Shown in pieces: positions 1 to 12,896 of a stretch of 64,000 bases of DNA. The position numbers were made by a program, and so were the translations under genes. This DNA is from Camelus ferus (lineage: Eukaryota): positions 118,546,001 through 118,610,000 of the forward strand of contig NC_045697.1 of assembly GCF_009834535.1 (NCBI RefSeq), written 5' to 3'. Under the pieces are notes generated by a model, which saw only the letters and a list, made by a program, of their open reading frames with translations, was not told the DNA's origin and ran no database searches. The number at the start of each line of letters is the position of its first letter. The first letter of the stretch is position 1.

Positions 1-91
1 GCACGGCCCGGGGCAAGGAGAAGGCAGTGCCGGGGACTCATCAATGTGCTCTTATCCAGAGGGTGCCCTTGGGTAGCGAAACCAGGGAGGG

Positions 92-93
<2 letters not shown>

Positions 94-129
<36 letters not shown>
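94..129. repeat. (GT)18 microsatellite
   Basis: Direct reading. Confidence 0.98.
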
Positions 130-130
<1 letters not shown>

Positions 131-781
131 TTTTGCAACGCACAAGCCTTAAAAGGAATCCGCCCTCCCTCGTGGTCAGCATCCTCATGTTCACAGTCGT
201 GGTGCAGATAAACATTTCCTTTGTGGCTTGGTCCCTCCACAGTTTAAGGCAAACTGAAAGCTATTAATACAGCGCTCCACACGCTCCACTCTTAGTCACT
301 GAGCCCAGTGGGTGAGCCAGCTGGAGCTGTCAGTGGTAGAGTTTTGGTGTGGGTCCTGTCAAAACCAGCTCTGCCCGTGACCAGCCTGCCCAGCAAGATC
401 TAGTGAGGTTCTGGGCTTGATCCTGGGGGGACCCCGACCCTGCGCCCGGGCTGGGAGCCACCTCTCGCTGCAGGAGGGCATCTCCGACTGTCCACAATTT
501 GGCCTCTGTTGCTGTGTTTCAGAGGTAACTGCTGAACTGGAAAAGGCCTGTACAAAACGAGCAGACTTTAATTACTCTACCTCCCAGTCTACTTTCTACC
601 AGGCTCTTAGGATGGTTAATGCCCTGAGCCCCACCACCGGGACCCGATGGGAGAGCAGGGCCTGTCTGTTGACTAAAACTCCAGTGCCTGGGGTGTGTGG
701 ATACCTGGACTGTTGTAGGTCAACAGTGAGGACGGAAAGGCAAGTTTCGCTTCTAGGTCACCGGCTCAGAGCAACTGAGAA

Positions 782-817
782 GCCACGATGGTCTGCCACG
801 ATGGTCTTCCACGATGG
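782..817. repeat. 13-bp tandem repeat GCCACGATGGTCT x about 2.8
   Basis: Units at 782, 795 and 808 (the last partial, first base T). Confidence 0.9.
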
Positions 818-1646
818 GCGGGTCAGATCAAATGTCAAAGCAATAAAACTCTAGGTTGTTCTGATGACGTACAGATTTAAAAGATGTGGTTATCACAAGT
901 CTGTTGAGGGGGAAAACTGCTGAGTAAAATAAGCAACTTGGAAAAAAGTAAAATAAAACCATACAGGCTTCTGTACGCAGGCACTTCTGTTGAAACATGA
1001 TTGATACAGAAATATTATATAGCAAACAAACAAAACAATTTCTATTACTAATGGTGGAATTTTTAAATAAATTTGAGGCTTTCATACAATGAAACACTTT
1101 GTATAATTATTAAAATATTAAGCCATTCTCGAACGTTAACAATTAATTTTGTTAGAACAGCCCATTACTCTAAACAGCCATGAAAAAGCTGGACGCATAG
1201 TGATGAGGAAGATAGCGTTAAATGGACAAGTGGCATGTGTATGTAATCACCTCCAGTGTTTTGTCTGTAAAGTGCTTGTGTAGAGTAAGGTGCTAATTGG
1301 ATAACAACACACCCGTTGTTATAAACGTAAGCTTTTGGGAAGATGCAGAGGAGAGTTCTGAGATGCCTACTGTCTCTCATTAGAACAAGTGGCTGGAGGA
1401 ACCAACATTTTTACTTTTTGATTTTTTTCTACACAGATGTAATTTTTTTTAAACTTGTGAAAAGACTTTTTGATGTATCTCGACCTGTCTTCCTTTGAAC
1501 GGCAGTAGGACCCATGGTATGTCTCAGTCCAGAGTGTGCCACTGTGCCCCACACTCAGATTCTCTAAGTAAAGGGAGAGAATGTTGCTCTCTGGTGATGG
1601 AAATGGAGGGAAGTCCACCAGGAGAAGGATGTGAAAGGAAAGGAAG

Positions 1647-1930
1647 GATGCTGAGCATCTTTTCCTGTGCCCGTCGGCCAACTGTATGTCTTTTCCTCAT
1701 TGGAGAAACGTCCATTTTCTGTCTTGTGCCTGTTTTTCACTGGGTTGTTCAGGGTTTTTTGCTATTGAGTTGTATGAGCCGTTTGTATATTCTGGAAATT
1801 AAGCCTTTGTCAGCTGCATAACCTATAATGAAAAAGAATATATATGTGTAAGTATGACTGAATCACTACACTGTCCACAAGGACCTAACACAACACTGTA
1901 AATTAACTTCAATAAAACAAGGAAAAAAAT
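1647..1930. mobile_element. L1 fragment with 5' inversion (ORF2-end piece on minus, 3' tail on plus)
   Basis: 1647-1819 reads as reverse L1 ORF2 end (gatgctgagcatcttttc...tatattctgga). From 1820 it is the forward 3' tail (aacctataatgaaaaagaatat...cttcaataaaa). Confidence 0.7.
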
Positions 1931-3050
1931 GGTGGGCTTCCCTGCCAGCTTTGTTTCTCTCTCTGAAATTCAAACTTCTGCTCTCATAGTCCATTTTGTC
2001 CAAGAATGTTTGCATTTGTCAATATATTACACTGTTTTGTTTGTTAATTACCTGACCGTCCCCTGAATCTAAAGGAAGTTCTGTTCACTGAAACTTTGCC
2101 AACATTCATTGGCCCACAGATACTTTAAGGGATTTGATGTTTAGGGAGAGAGGATGCCACCAGCCCTGAGGGCCCCAAAGTGCGTCTCTTTGCTTCTGCA
2201 AGAGTCCTACCTGTTATCAGCAGGACAGCCAGTTCATAAGCAGATGACGTGGTGTTCCTGGAAACCGTGTAATGGTGGCCTCTCCGAGGAGGAGGACCAG
2301 GGCTAGAGGAAAGAGAGCCCCTGGGGAAGGGCTTAGCCAGCCGCAGAGTCAACGCCAACTATTTGAAGATCAGCCTACTGTGTGAAAAATAAATAAGTAG
2401 AAAGGTACTATGTGGCTTTCCCAAATGCCAGCTGAAATGACTCACATTTTCAGCTAATAAGAGGAAATTTGTTGGGTACGTTAAACATTAAGCACAGAGT
2501 AAGCATTGTTTTCAAGGCTTTTCCAGCGACGGGAAGATAACAGACCCAAGGTTGGGTTAAAGAGGAAACATTCGGGGACTGTCCTCAGGTCTGCACGTTG
2601 CTTTTCAAAGCTTTGGTGTTTTGCCAGATTCTTCCTACCGCGGAATTAGGGCTTCTATTTTTGGACCACGTCACAGAGCATCGTGTCCTTTAATTTCAGC
2701 AGTTCCTTATACAATGTTTTGCTTGATAGTCATACGCTTCTTTAATCTGCGTGGCTCAGAGCCCGATTATTGTTTCTTCGTGAAGCTTCTGTTGCCAGTG
2801 CTGGATAAGCACAGACAGTCACACCTCCTGTGAGATTGTCGCTGCTACAGTCCCTCCGTCCTGACAACAGCAGAGAATTCCGAGTGCTCGTGAGCAAGGA
2901 GAAGAGTACGTTCCAAGTGTCATGTTACGTGATGTGGTTCTGATCGATGGCAAAGGAGATTCAATAATTCAGATTCCTAAAGAGGTGACATTCAGATTTC
3001 CTTTTAATTTGCAAATTAACTCTAAGTCACAGGGAAAAGGTATTACTGAA

Positions 3051-3213
3051 ACAACAAAGTCCTATTTTATAACACAGAGAACTATATTCAATACCTTGTA
3101 GTAACCTATAATGAAAAAGAATATATATGTGTATGTATAACTGAATCCCTATGCTGTACATCAGAAACTAACACAACGTTGTAAATCAACTATACATCTA
3201 TGTATATATGCAG
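3051..3213 (+). mobile_element. 5'-truncated L1 3' tail
   Basis: actatattcaata...gaatccctatgctgtac...aaatcaactatac. Perfect 14-bp TSD AAGGTATTACTGAA at 3037-3050 and 3214-3227. Confidence 0.85.
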
Positions 3214-4555
3214 AAGGTATTACTGAATATTAGGAGAAGCACTTTCTAAAGTTACTCTTCTGTACCAAATTCCTTTCAATGTTTATCTTGCCATCAGAAT
3301 TTATAAACAAACCAAAAATACACATACATATATATGTTCAAGCATATATATATGTATAATGCTTGGACTCTATAAGTGAATTGAAAGAAATTAAAAAGAA
3401 TTTAAAATGATACTTAGTGTCATGTTATAATAATTAGAAGCTTTAAGATAAATCAACTCATCACGAAGATGTATATTGGAATATATGCAATTAAGGAAAA
3501 ATATGTTTTATTGCTGAGAAAAAGCTTATGAAAACCAGACTCAGCTCTAATGCTATGCTTCTGGAGTCAAACTGATTAAAATAAAAACTAACAAGTTTCT
3601 TACTTTGGCCACAGCCTACACTTACATGTGGCTGAGAGAGATAATGAGACTTAAAAAAAAAAATAAGAATAGATCTACCATGAATATGTCAAAGATTCAA
3701 AGATTTATCTACTTTGAGCTCTGAAAGGTATTTTTACAGGTCATTTAGTAAAAACCTTTTTCCATATCAGGAAATTATGCACTTTGCTTTGCTGGGGAAC
3801 AATGAACATTTAAAATATTAGCCAAGAAGTATTAATTAGTAAAGTAATGAATTATTGTCCTTAGAAGCCCTGGAAGATTTTAAGATTCCTAGGAAGACAG
3901 GGCTAAATATACCTTCCTCTTTTCTCACGTAGCGGTGGTTGGAATCGAGCCCTTGCATCACATATGTCGGTTTCAAAGTGGTCCACGACTCTTAAGAGCC
4001 TCTAGGTACTGCATTGAAGTGTGACTCCGTTCAATTACACACTGAGTGTCACCGGTGAGAAGGAAATAGAGGACCATGAGAACCACACATTCAACTGTCT
4101 GAATGCCTCTCTTTTTATCTTTCCCTGGTTGAAAAAGCAAAGGGCAAAGTTAGCTACGGGGACAGTCCAGTGTAGGAGTTAACCTATAGACTCCTGAGTC
4201 AGACTGCCTCTTTTTCACCATTGGGTAGAGGACTGATGTTGAACAAGTTTCCCAATTTTTCTCACTTATCACATGGGGAAAATAACAGATCAATACACTC
4301 CAGGGTTAAGGAGATTAAACACATTACCTCCCTCGCAGGTTTGTTGTGAGCAGCACATGGTTTTGTGCGAGTGTGATCCTCCAGCAGTGGAAGGCGCACT
4401 CTGAATGCTCAGAAACTGATCACTTATGTTATTTTTCAGGTTGTCGCTGTGATTGCTGTTTTCAGAATCAACCACTAACCTGACGAAACTCCTTGTGCCC
4501 CTCTTCCAGAAATGCGATATGTCCCCCTCGTGGCGAGAGCACGGTGAAAAGAGCT

Positions 4556-4700
4556 AACATTTGTAAATCTCAAACTCCCAAACTTATCCCCTCCCACCCC
4601 GTTTCCCTAGTAACCATAAGATTGTACAGCAGAGACTGACACATTGTAATTGATTGCACTTCAATTTTTTTTTTTTATTAAAGAGAGAGTGAAAAAGAAA
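4556..4700. mobile_element. Short 5'-inverted L1 insertion
   Basis: Reverse L1 3'UTR piece (4556-4620) joined to the forward terminal tail (about 4623-4700). TSD AAAAGAGCT at 4547-4555 and 4701-4709. Confidence 0.75.
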
Positions 4701-5045
4701 AAAAGAGCTTAGAGGCGGCAGTTAGATGGTCCAGCTCAGCCTTGTCAGTTTCTTGCTGGGCAACTTCCCTGGAGCCTCTGACTCCCCATTTTATGACCGG
4801 GATGGCAGTGCCTGGCCCACTGTGCTCAGCCAAGGTACCAGGAGCATCACGTGAGATGTGTTTGAAAGCATAGCATCAGCTTTAAAGAGCCACCCGACTG
4901 TTACTTACAGCCTGGAATTAGGAGCTCCGGCGAGGACTCACTTAGGAAGCCCTGAGTGACACGTGACAACCTGACAACTCCTCGGCTGCATCTACCTTGC
5001 ATGTTCAGAATTCTGTACTTTTCTTTCTGTTAAAAATAAAATCCA

Positions 5046-5263
5046 GGGGAAAGGGGAAGGTGGAGGGATAAATTGGGAGTTTGGGATTTGCAGATACACA
5101 CTACTGTATATAAAATAGATAAACAGCCAGGTCCTACTGTGTAGCACAGGGAACTACATACAGTATCTTGTAATGACCTATAATGAGTCATAATATGAAT
5201 CACTATGCTGTACACCAGAAATTAACACAACATGGCAAATAGACTATACTTCAATGAAAACAT
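5046..5263 (+). mobile_element. 5'-truncated L1 3' tail
   Basis: gggataaattgggagtttgggatttgcagatac...gcacagggaact...tatacttcaat. 13-bp TSD AAAATAAAATCCA at 5033-5045 and 5264-5276. Confidence 0.85.
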
Positions 5264-7023
5264 AAAATAAAATCCAAACCTAACTAAATTTTACAATAAT
5301 ATTATCAATTTTCTAACAAATATGAGTTAAAAATAATGAAAAGAAAACTGCCCTTCAATGCATTTACATAGAGTGTGAGCTTTTATTCTGAAGGGGTGCT
5401 TTATGAGCAACATAAAAAGTTGAAATTCTAGGCTGACGCGGTAAAATCTTACTCATTTTCATTGACATTTGAAGCAAAACAATTGCATTGAATGTACCCA
5501 CTAGTATGTTTATCAAGTGTACATATTTATTAAAATGCCCTTTAGAATGCATTTTGAAGGCTCTTTCCTTCGCATGACAAAGAACATCAAGCTGAAATAC
5601 AGAAACAAAAAGCCCTAAACCGGTTTGGCCAGATGCAAAGAGCCCTTAACGCAGCTTCCCTTGTGAAGCATCAGTGCCGTTTTGAAAAGATCAGAGTGTG
5701 GAACAGTATTTGCTCCACTGGAATGAGTCTAATGCTCTTCGGTTTAAAAAGAAAGTCTTACCTCTGGGTAACTTTTGCCGTTTACCAAGTGTTTGCACAC
5801 ACGTTGTCTGCGGTGTAGACGTCTCACTGTCTGTGAGGGAAGATACCGCTTTGCTGATTATGGATGTGAGCACGTGAGGCTGGAGGAGAGAGGAGCTCAT
5901 AAGCTGGTAAGAGGCATCCTTCCACTGTGTGACCTGACCCTGCTGAAGGTGGTTGGTCCCAAACCCATAGTTCTTTCCTTCTGATGTAACCCTCTACGCG
6001 TCTGAAGAATCAACAGTTTGTGTTTGTTTGTTATGATGACTGAATAGGTAGAAATCAAAAAAGGAGTTGGCTGCAACTTGGTCACCATGTACATAGGGGA
6101 GTTCACATGACTTCCCTTCTCTTTTCATGTCTGTAAAACAAGGACATTATAAATAGTCATGAGATAATAACAATGACAGTAATGATAAAATGATTTTATG
6201 CCTTCTGTAGTTTTGATAAGGATCAAATGAATTAACATCCATGAATGCATCTTGCATATAGTACAATTTAATGCACTTTGGGCTTGCTGACTTTATCACA
6301 TGATTCTCTGTCTGAATTATATAAATTTTGAACATTCGTGGTGTAAGAAAACGCCGTGAAGAGGATAAGAGAATGGGGTTCCTAAGGCTTCTGGCCTTTG
6401 GCCCTGCTGTGGACAGCTTACTAATCTCTCCAAACCTCTGAAAGTAAGGCCGTCGTGGAGATGAAAGGACATATGACAGCACCTGATACGCAGTGAATAC
6501 TCATCGAACGTGACCTGGATAATGCAGATCAGAAATGTGCTTCTAAAACAGTCCCAGTCCTTTTTGACCTGCGCTGTGCTGGTGACAGTGCTGGTCCCTG
6601 GTCATCAGCTCAGCGCCGCGGCCCGGAGCCCGAGTCAGCTCCAGGTCTGCTCTGCTCTATTGTCCTGAGTGAAGGAGAGTCAAGCCACCCCGGGGTACGT
6701 TTTTCTGTTCTCTCCACCAGAAATCTGCCTTCATGTTATTGAAAAGCTCTTATTTCTTCCTTCTTGGACTCTGTTGTTTCATTTGCATCCTTGCCAAGAA
6801 ACCAATAAAAAAGACCACAAGTAACTGGCCATAGTTTCCAAGGCTGCTCAGACCTACTTTTTTGGCCTGCTATGGAAACCTGTGGATTTTTTCCAATCTG
6901 ATCTAGGTAAAGGTGATTTTAGTGAAACCAAGAGTTTTTTTTCACATTAAAACAATAGTACAGTGGTGTGAGCTGTGAGCTAGTTAAGGAGTCCTGAGCT
7001 GTGATGTGGGTGATCAGGTGTGC

Positions 7024-7260
7024 TGTAGTGACAGAATCCAGACCCCCACCCACCCTCACCCCCACCCCAAGATGTCCGTGTCCTCATCACCAGAGCCTGT
7101 GAGTGTGTTACCATATATAACAAAAGAGACTTTGCACATGTGAGTAAATCAGGAATTTTGAGAGTATCCTGGATTTTCTGAGGGACCCTGTGTCATCACA
7201 AAGGTCCTTATAAGAGAGGCAGGGGTGTCCAAGTCACGGTCAGAGATGTCAACAAAAGTA
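7024..7260 (+). mobile_element. MaLR LTR fragment (MLT1-like)
   Basis: cccaagatgtccgtgtcctcatc...gactttgca...atcacaaaggtccttataagagaggcag, typical of MLT1. Confidence 0.7.
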
Positions 7261-7689
7261 GAGCCTCCCACTCTGCTCCACCCACCCTGTTACTCTGCAT
7301 GGCCCTCTCCCTGTTCTCCTGCTGGCTGTGTTGTGTTTCACACGTACATCACACTGATGTACCTTACGTACAGTATAGGAACCCACACACACACGATGGA
7401 GGGCCACGGCTATCTTTGAAGGAAGGATGTTTCCCCAGGATTAACCGTCACAGGAATGGTTTGTCCCACCATCCGTCAGAGTTCTACCCTGCAAGCAGTA
7501 GAAACTAGCTGTGGCTGACTTACACAGAAAAGAATCTTAGGAATATTTTTTTGTGTTGTCTTCATATTCGTTTGCCTTGTAGGCTAGTACAAGACATGGA
7601 ATATAGTTCTCTGTGAATGATAGACATCCCTGTGAACAAGAAGAAACGTGCTGCTTATCAGGTTTTGTGAGGATTTTCTTGTATTTCCA

Positions 7690-7820
7690 AAGTGAAAGAT
7701 ATTCTGCCACAGTACAGTAGATATCTGTGCGGATAGTTCCATATTTAGCTGTAATTTTTGGGGTGTTCGTGGGAGAGGGTGAGCTATGCGCCCTTCTACT
7801 CCACCACCTTGGAACATCGA
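7690..7820 (-). mobile_element. Possible L1 5' UTR start fragment
   Basis: Reverse complement caaggtggtggagtagaagggcgcatagctcaccctctcccacgaacacc resembles L1 5' ends (aagatggcggagtag...), from memory. Confidence 0.45.
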
Positions 7821-10800
7821 GGAACTCACAGAACCGTGAGGAAGACCAGCAAAGTCCTGGGAAAATCATAAATTATGTGGAATTTCACTAACTTCCTCTA
7901 TAAAAAGTGACCCCAAAAAGAGACTCTATGAGTTACATTGCATGTATTATATAAGTATGTGGATGAGGGTGGTGGTGGGGCTTTTTACAAGGAGGCAACA
8001 TTATTTAATAGTTTTTGATATGAGGAGCTAGAAAAGGTGTCTTTGCTCTGTGTTGGTAGGTGCATTACAGGGTCTAAAGTTTTTCCTGCTTGTCTTTCAC
8101 AGTTCGAAGCCCTCCTTCCACCCCCGTCAAAAGCCTTGGTCTGTTTCCCAACACTAACAAATTTTTTTCCTTTTTATCCGTCACATTTGAACATCAGGAA
8201 TCTGTAAAGCTTCGCCCTGAGAGCTGAGAATGAGGTTTCAGAAAGAGCCAGCAGGGAAGCCAGAGGCTGGGAAAAAGGATGGGGACCAACAGATGAAACC
8301 GCTCATCTTGCGGGTAGAGAAAACTCCAGAGGAAGTGAGTCACGTTGCACGATGCGCCTGTGAGCACAAATCACAGTGGTGACTTCTCATGGTTTTGCGC
8401 TGAAGACACTGATCACATAAATGGAGAGTAAATGCAGGAACAGCCCTACCGGCCAACTGGCTGGCACTTCTCCATCCCAGTCCGACGATTTCACCTTCTG
8501 GTCTGCGGCCCAGAGGCTGCTCCTTGGCTGGGACTCTTAGTGACTGTCACTTACTCCTGGGCTCGGAAGTACTCCGATCACGTTTGGTCTGGCACGCTGG
8601 GTCTGTCTGTCCTTCTGCTCCAGGCTCCGTGTGCTGGACCACGCCCATCACCCCCCACCCCGACCCTGCTGAGCCTGGGAGAGCCAGGGATGTGCTGGAA
8701 GGAATCCAGGGAAGTTTGGTGTTTCTCTGCCTCCCTAAACGCGTCCGCCGGCTGTGGTCTGGGAATCTGGGGGACTGCGGGCTGCAACGCTGACTCAGCA
8801 ATCCGCGGGTTAGAGAGGTGTTCCCGGCTGGCGGACTCTGCCGTCCAGCGGATGAACACTCAGACAGTGACCCAGCCCTTGGAGAGGGACTGTATATAGT
8901 AGGCATCTGGAATTGAGAATTCTGATTTTAAAAAAGACAAAATCTGTTGAAGCATTTGTTTACCCTGCAGACTCCTGGGTTGCGACCCTGCCATTGTACC
9001 TGACAAGCCTGTGGCTGTTTCCAGGGACCGGCAGCTTTAACAAGCTCCCCTTTCTCCCGCGGTTCTGAAGCAGGCGGCCCACTCTTAGAGGCCCCCGTGG
9101 TCAGGATGACCACGGACAGTGCCCTCTGGACCGTGTCCATTGTCTGCTGAGCCTCCTGGACCAGGGCTCCCGGTTACACCTCACACATGGTACCCCTGCC
9201 TCCTCTACCTTGATGCCAAGTTTGCAGGATGAGTGGCAGGAACTCCCTGTGAAGACAAGACTCCTAATCAGGCTGCACCAGCTCCAAGGAAGCTCTGTGC
9301 ACACTGCAGCCCCTGGCAGGAAGGAGCTCCCGGGCTCAGTGCAAAATCATCCTGGAGGGAAGCTGCCCCCGGGTGCAACTGGCCAGGTGGGAGGAACCGC
9401 CCTGCAGGACCTGCCTGCCAGCCCCTGGTGGAGCCATGAGCCCATCCAGGGCCCTTTTCAGCCTGCACAGCCAGCCAGAGAGGGGACATCCCCACCCACA
9501 GCAAGCAGCTGTCAGTAACACACACTTCCATGCCTTTGCCAGGTGATGGCAGCCTCTCTGTTGGATGTGTCCTTGTGGGGGGGGAGTGGCGATCTCCCCG
9601 TCCCTCCCTCTACCCAGAACCTCCAGGTTTATAACAGGGAAGATGCATTTGCTCTTAATTCAGGAGTGTTTCATTCCCCCTGGAGAGAAGGGCTCTGGGC
9701 CCTGGTCCAGTAGGCTCGGTGGACCATGGACACAGTCAGAGAGCGCCGTCCATGGTCGTCCTGACCTGGAGACAGTAGGGGTGTCAGACATCAGAGGATG
9801 CGACAGGAGCCATGTTGGGATGCCCCCTTCGCTGCAGTCACCCCCAGGCCTCACCACCCACCCATGCCGAGCCCTCAAACCCTTGAATATCTCCTATTTC
9901 CTCCCTCCTCCTCCTGCTTCTACAGGACAGGTCTCTGTGTTTTCAGAGGAAAGGAAAATCCGGGCTGGGCTGGCACACAAGTGCAGTCCCAGATTGCACA
10001 CGGTGCCCCTGGAAAGTGCTGTGGCCTCCCACGTGGAAGTCCCTGCAGGCAGGGCGCACAGGCTGATGGTGCCCCCTCCACTGCCTCCCATCCAGCTAGT
10101 AGACGTGAGGGGTCCCACCTGTATGCATAAACCAGTCTAGTCTTTGCTCATGAAGGTGTCAGGCCCCCGAGAGACCGAGTGGCTGCTGCTCCGGGGGGAG
10201 GGGAGGGGAAGGGAAGCCTGCAGTTTGTGCAGGAGATGCTGGTGCTGGACCTCTACCCGCTGTGTCTGAAAAAGTCAGTAAGTGTCAGCGGGGCGCAGAG
10301 GACCCTGTTCCTTGTAACCTGGCAAGAAATGACAGGGCCTTCAGTATTTAAGGCCAAAAAAAAAAAAAAAAAAGATTAAAACACAAAGCATGTACAACAA
10401 TTTGCGGAGATGCAGAGGACATTTTCTTTTGTGACGAAGGTCTGGCTTGGGGAGGGGGCTTTGAATGATGACCATCACTGATTCTCTTCACTCCGCCCTC
10501 CCTCCGGGGGTCAGGGAGCCACCCCCACCACCCACCGAGGTGGGGGACTTCCGCTCCTCCTCCCCCACGAATCTGCGTCTTATTTCAGCAGCTATGACCT
10601 CAGCTTCTTTCCAATTCTCCGCTTATTTCACCTAAATCCCTCATCTGGAACAGTCAGGTGCATTTTAAATAAAACTTAGAGAAACGAATTACAGTAACTA
10701 TAATAATAATTATTAATTATGTTCATCGATTCTATTCCCCACCTGTATGGAGACTCAGTAAGAGGAGACGCTCCACCAGTAGGTCTTCATCCTTACGAGC

Positions 10801-11877
10801 TGGAGCCGCGTCCTCCAGCAGGGAGGTGACAGGTCCACAGCTCAAGCAGGACTTCTGGGGAAGGCTGACTCCCTTCCCCATGGGCTCCCACCAGCAAAAC
10901 GATCCGACCAGAGACTTGCAGCTCAAAGGCATCCTGAGGGCTGGGGGCCCCAGGGGAGCTAGCACTGGTCTGACTGCGAGAACCCCCTGAGGCATTCGTA
11001 GCTCAAGGCAGCAAGAGCACAGAGCTGGTCAGTTCCAAATACATGTCCAGATGTAGATGTAACGACACTACTTATGTAGTTAGCTTACAAAGCCCCTAAC
11101 ACAAGATACACTTCCTTCTTTCTTCCACTGTGGTTTTTACTTACATCCCACTAATTTAATTCACATGCCACATCCCTCCAAGGAACCAGGTGGGATGGTG
11201 ACTTGTCAACAACAGAGTCATAAAATTTTTCTCTCTTTCCCTCCCCCTTCCCAAACACCCCCCGCCCCACAATATTCAGACAGGTGCTTGTGACCTGTGA
11301 TTCCACGTGGGGGCAGGGAGACCTTGACCTCACCCATGTCTGCTTTAAGCAGCTGAGGTCAGAGTAGGACGGGTCAAGGAGTGAGGAGGGGATGGTGGCT
11401 TCAGGCCACTAAGCAAGGAGTGTCACTGTCACTTTTGAGGGTGTGGAGGTGGCTCCATCAAATGGGCTTCCAGTGTCTTCGATCTGCCCAGCACGCTCGA
11501 GCTGGTGGCAAGGTCCTCATCACTGTCCCCGTCTGTCAGACTTGGGGACACTGGACTCTGCAGAATCACAAGGCAGATTCCAACAGGGGCGTGGGTTTTG
11601 CTCAGGTCAGTTGACAAGGGGTTGACTTAGAAGTCTACAGAGCGGCAACTTCTTTTTAAGGAGCTTGCTTTAATCTGGGGCATTTGTTGCCCTCCTACCC
11701 AGAAAATATCCTTAAATTCTTGCCCAATTTACATGCAAGTTCTAGATAGTTTTCCAGGGCTGTGGGTCTGACTTCAGCACTTTGTCTATGTGAGTCTTAC
11801 ATTCTCCAGTGAGTCATTTTAATCAGCACTGTAAATCCAATTCAGGGCATTAAAGGTCCAAATATAGGTCAATGCCT

Positions 11878-12345
11878 ACATTAGTTTACTTGAGTTGCCA
11901 AAACAAAGTATCCTGGTGATTAAACAGCAAGACATTTATTGTCTCCTGGTACAGGAGACTAAGAGTCCAAAACCAAGGTGTTGGCAGGTCTGGTTCCTTC
12001 TGAGGAATGTGAGGAAAAAAATCTGCCCATGCCTCCCACGGGAATTCTGGCTGATTCTGGCATTAATTCTTGTTCTTTGACTTGTAGAAGCATCACGGCT
12101 CTGCCTTCATCTTTACATAGTGTCCTCCCTGTGTGTGTCTTGTGTCCAAACGTCCCCTTTCTGTAGGTGTACCAGCCACACTGGATGAGGGGTGGAGTCT
12201 GTCTACTCCATAAGGCCTCATCTCATCTCAGCTTCATGAATTACATCTTCTAGGATCTTATTCCCAAATAAGGTCACATTCGGAGGTACCCGGACCAGCG
12301 CTTCAACAGATGAACCTAGGGGTAACACAGTTCAGCCCATGACAG
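11878..12345 (-). mobile_element. MaLR LTR (MLT1-like)
   Basis: catttattgtctc...caaggtgttggcagg...ccaaataaggtcacattc...ttcagcccatgaca, typical of reverse MLT1. Confidence 0.75.
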
Positions 12346-12896
12346 TGCCCTCTCTACAGGTCCCATGGGAGTTGGTCTGCCTCATGGAAATCTCCCCCAA
12401 AGAACCCAGCTCCCTCGTGGCAGCCAGGGCCACTGAACAAACTCCCACACCTCTGACCGTCATCTCTGGACAGATTGAAGGCTGAATGAGGTCTTCAGAA
12501 GAGCTAAGCCTTTGATGCCCCCGCTGCTGCCATTCTTCCCGAACAAGTGCTCTGCCCTCAGCGGGCTCAGGGCACCCGTGAACCAGCTGGGGCCTTAGCA
12601 ATTCACCTGTTCTGCTCAGAGGGTGTGCAGGTTGTCTTCCTCTGCAGTGAGGATGAACGCAGGCTTCTGGAACTGTCGCATGAAGAGGGCTGGGACTTTC
12701 CTCTGGTCCAGGGCTGTGCTTTGTACTAGTTATGACAATGAGATGGAATTGAGGCTGGCAGCCTGATTGGGAAGAAAGTCTTCTCACCCAGAGGGGTGTT
12801 AGCAACAGTTACCAAGCCACTATTCAGATGGCTGAACTTGAACCTCCTACCTGGTGCTTGACATACCCTTCACTCCCCAGTTCTTCCTCACCAGCA

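Noticed and set aside
46..267. Short ORFs with VCVC, THTH or YIYI runs (also 20466-20814 and 58971-59225)
   Set aside because: Translations of microsatellites.
8432..10140. Cluster of 100-190 aa ORFs in a GC-rich intergenic block (similarly 16.5-18 kb and 54-55 kb)
   Set aside because: They overlap in many frames on both strands, with no recognisable domain or splice structure. Consistent with chance in GC-rich DNA.
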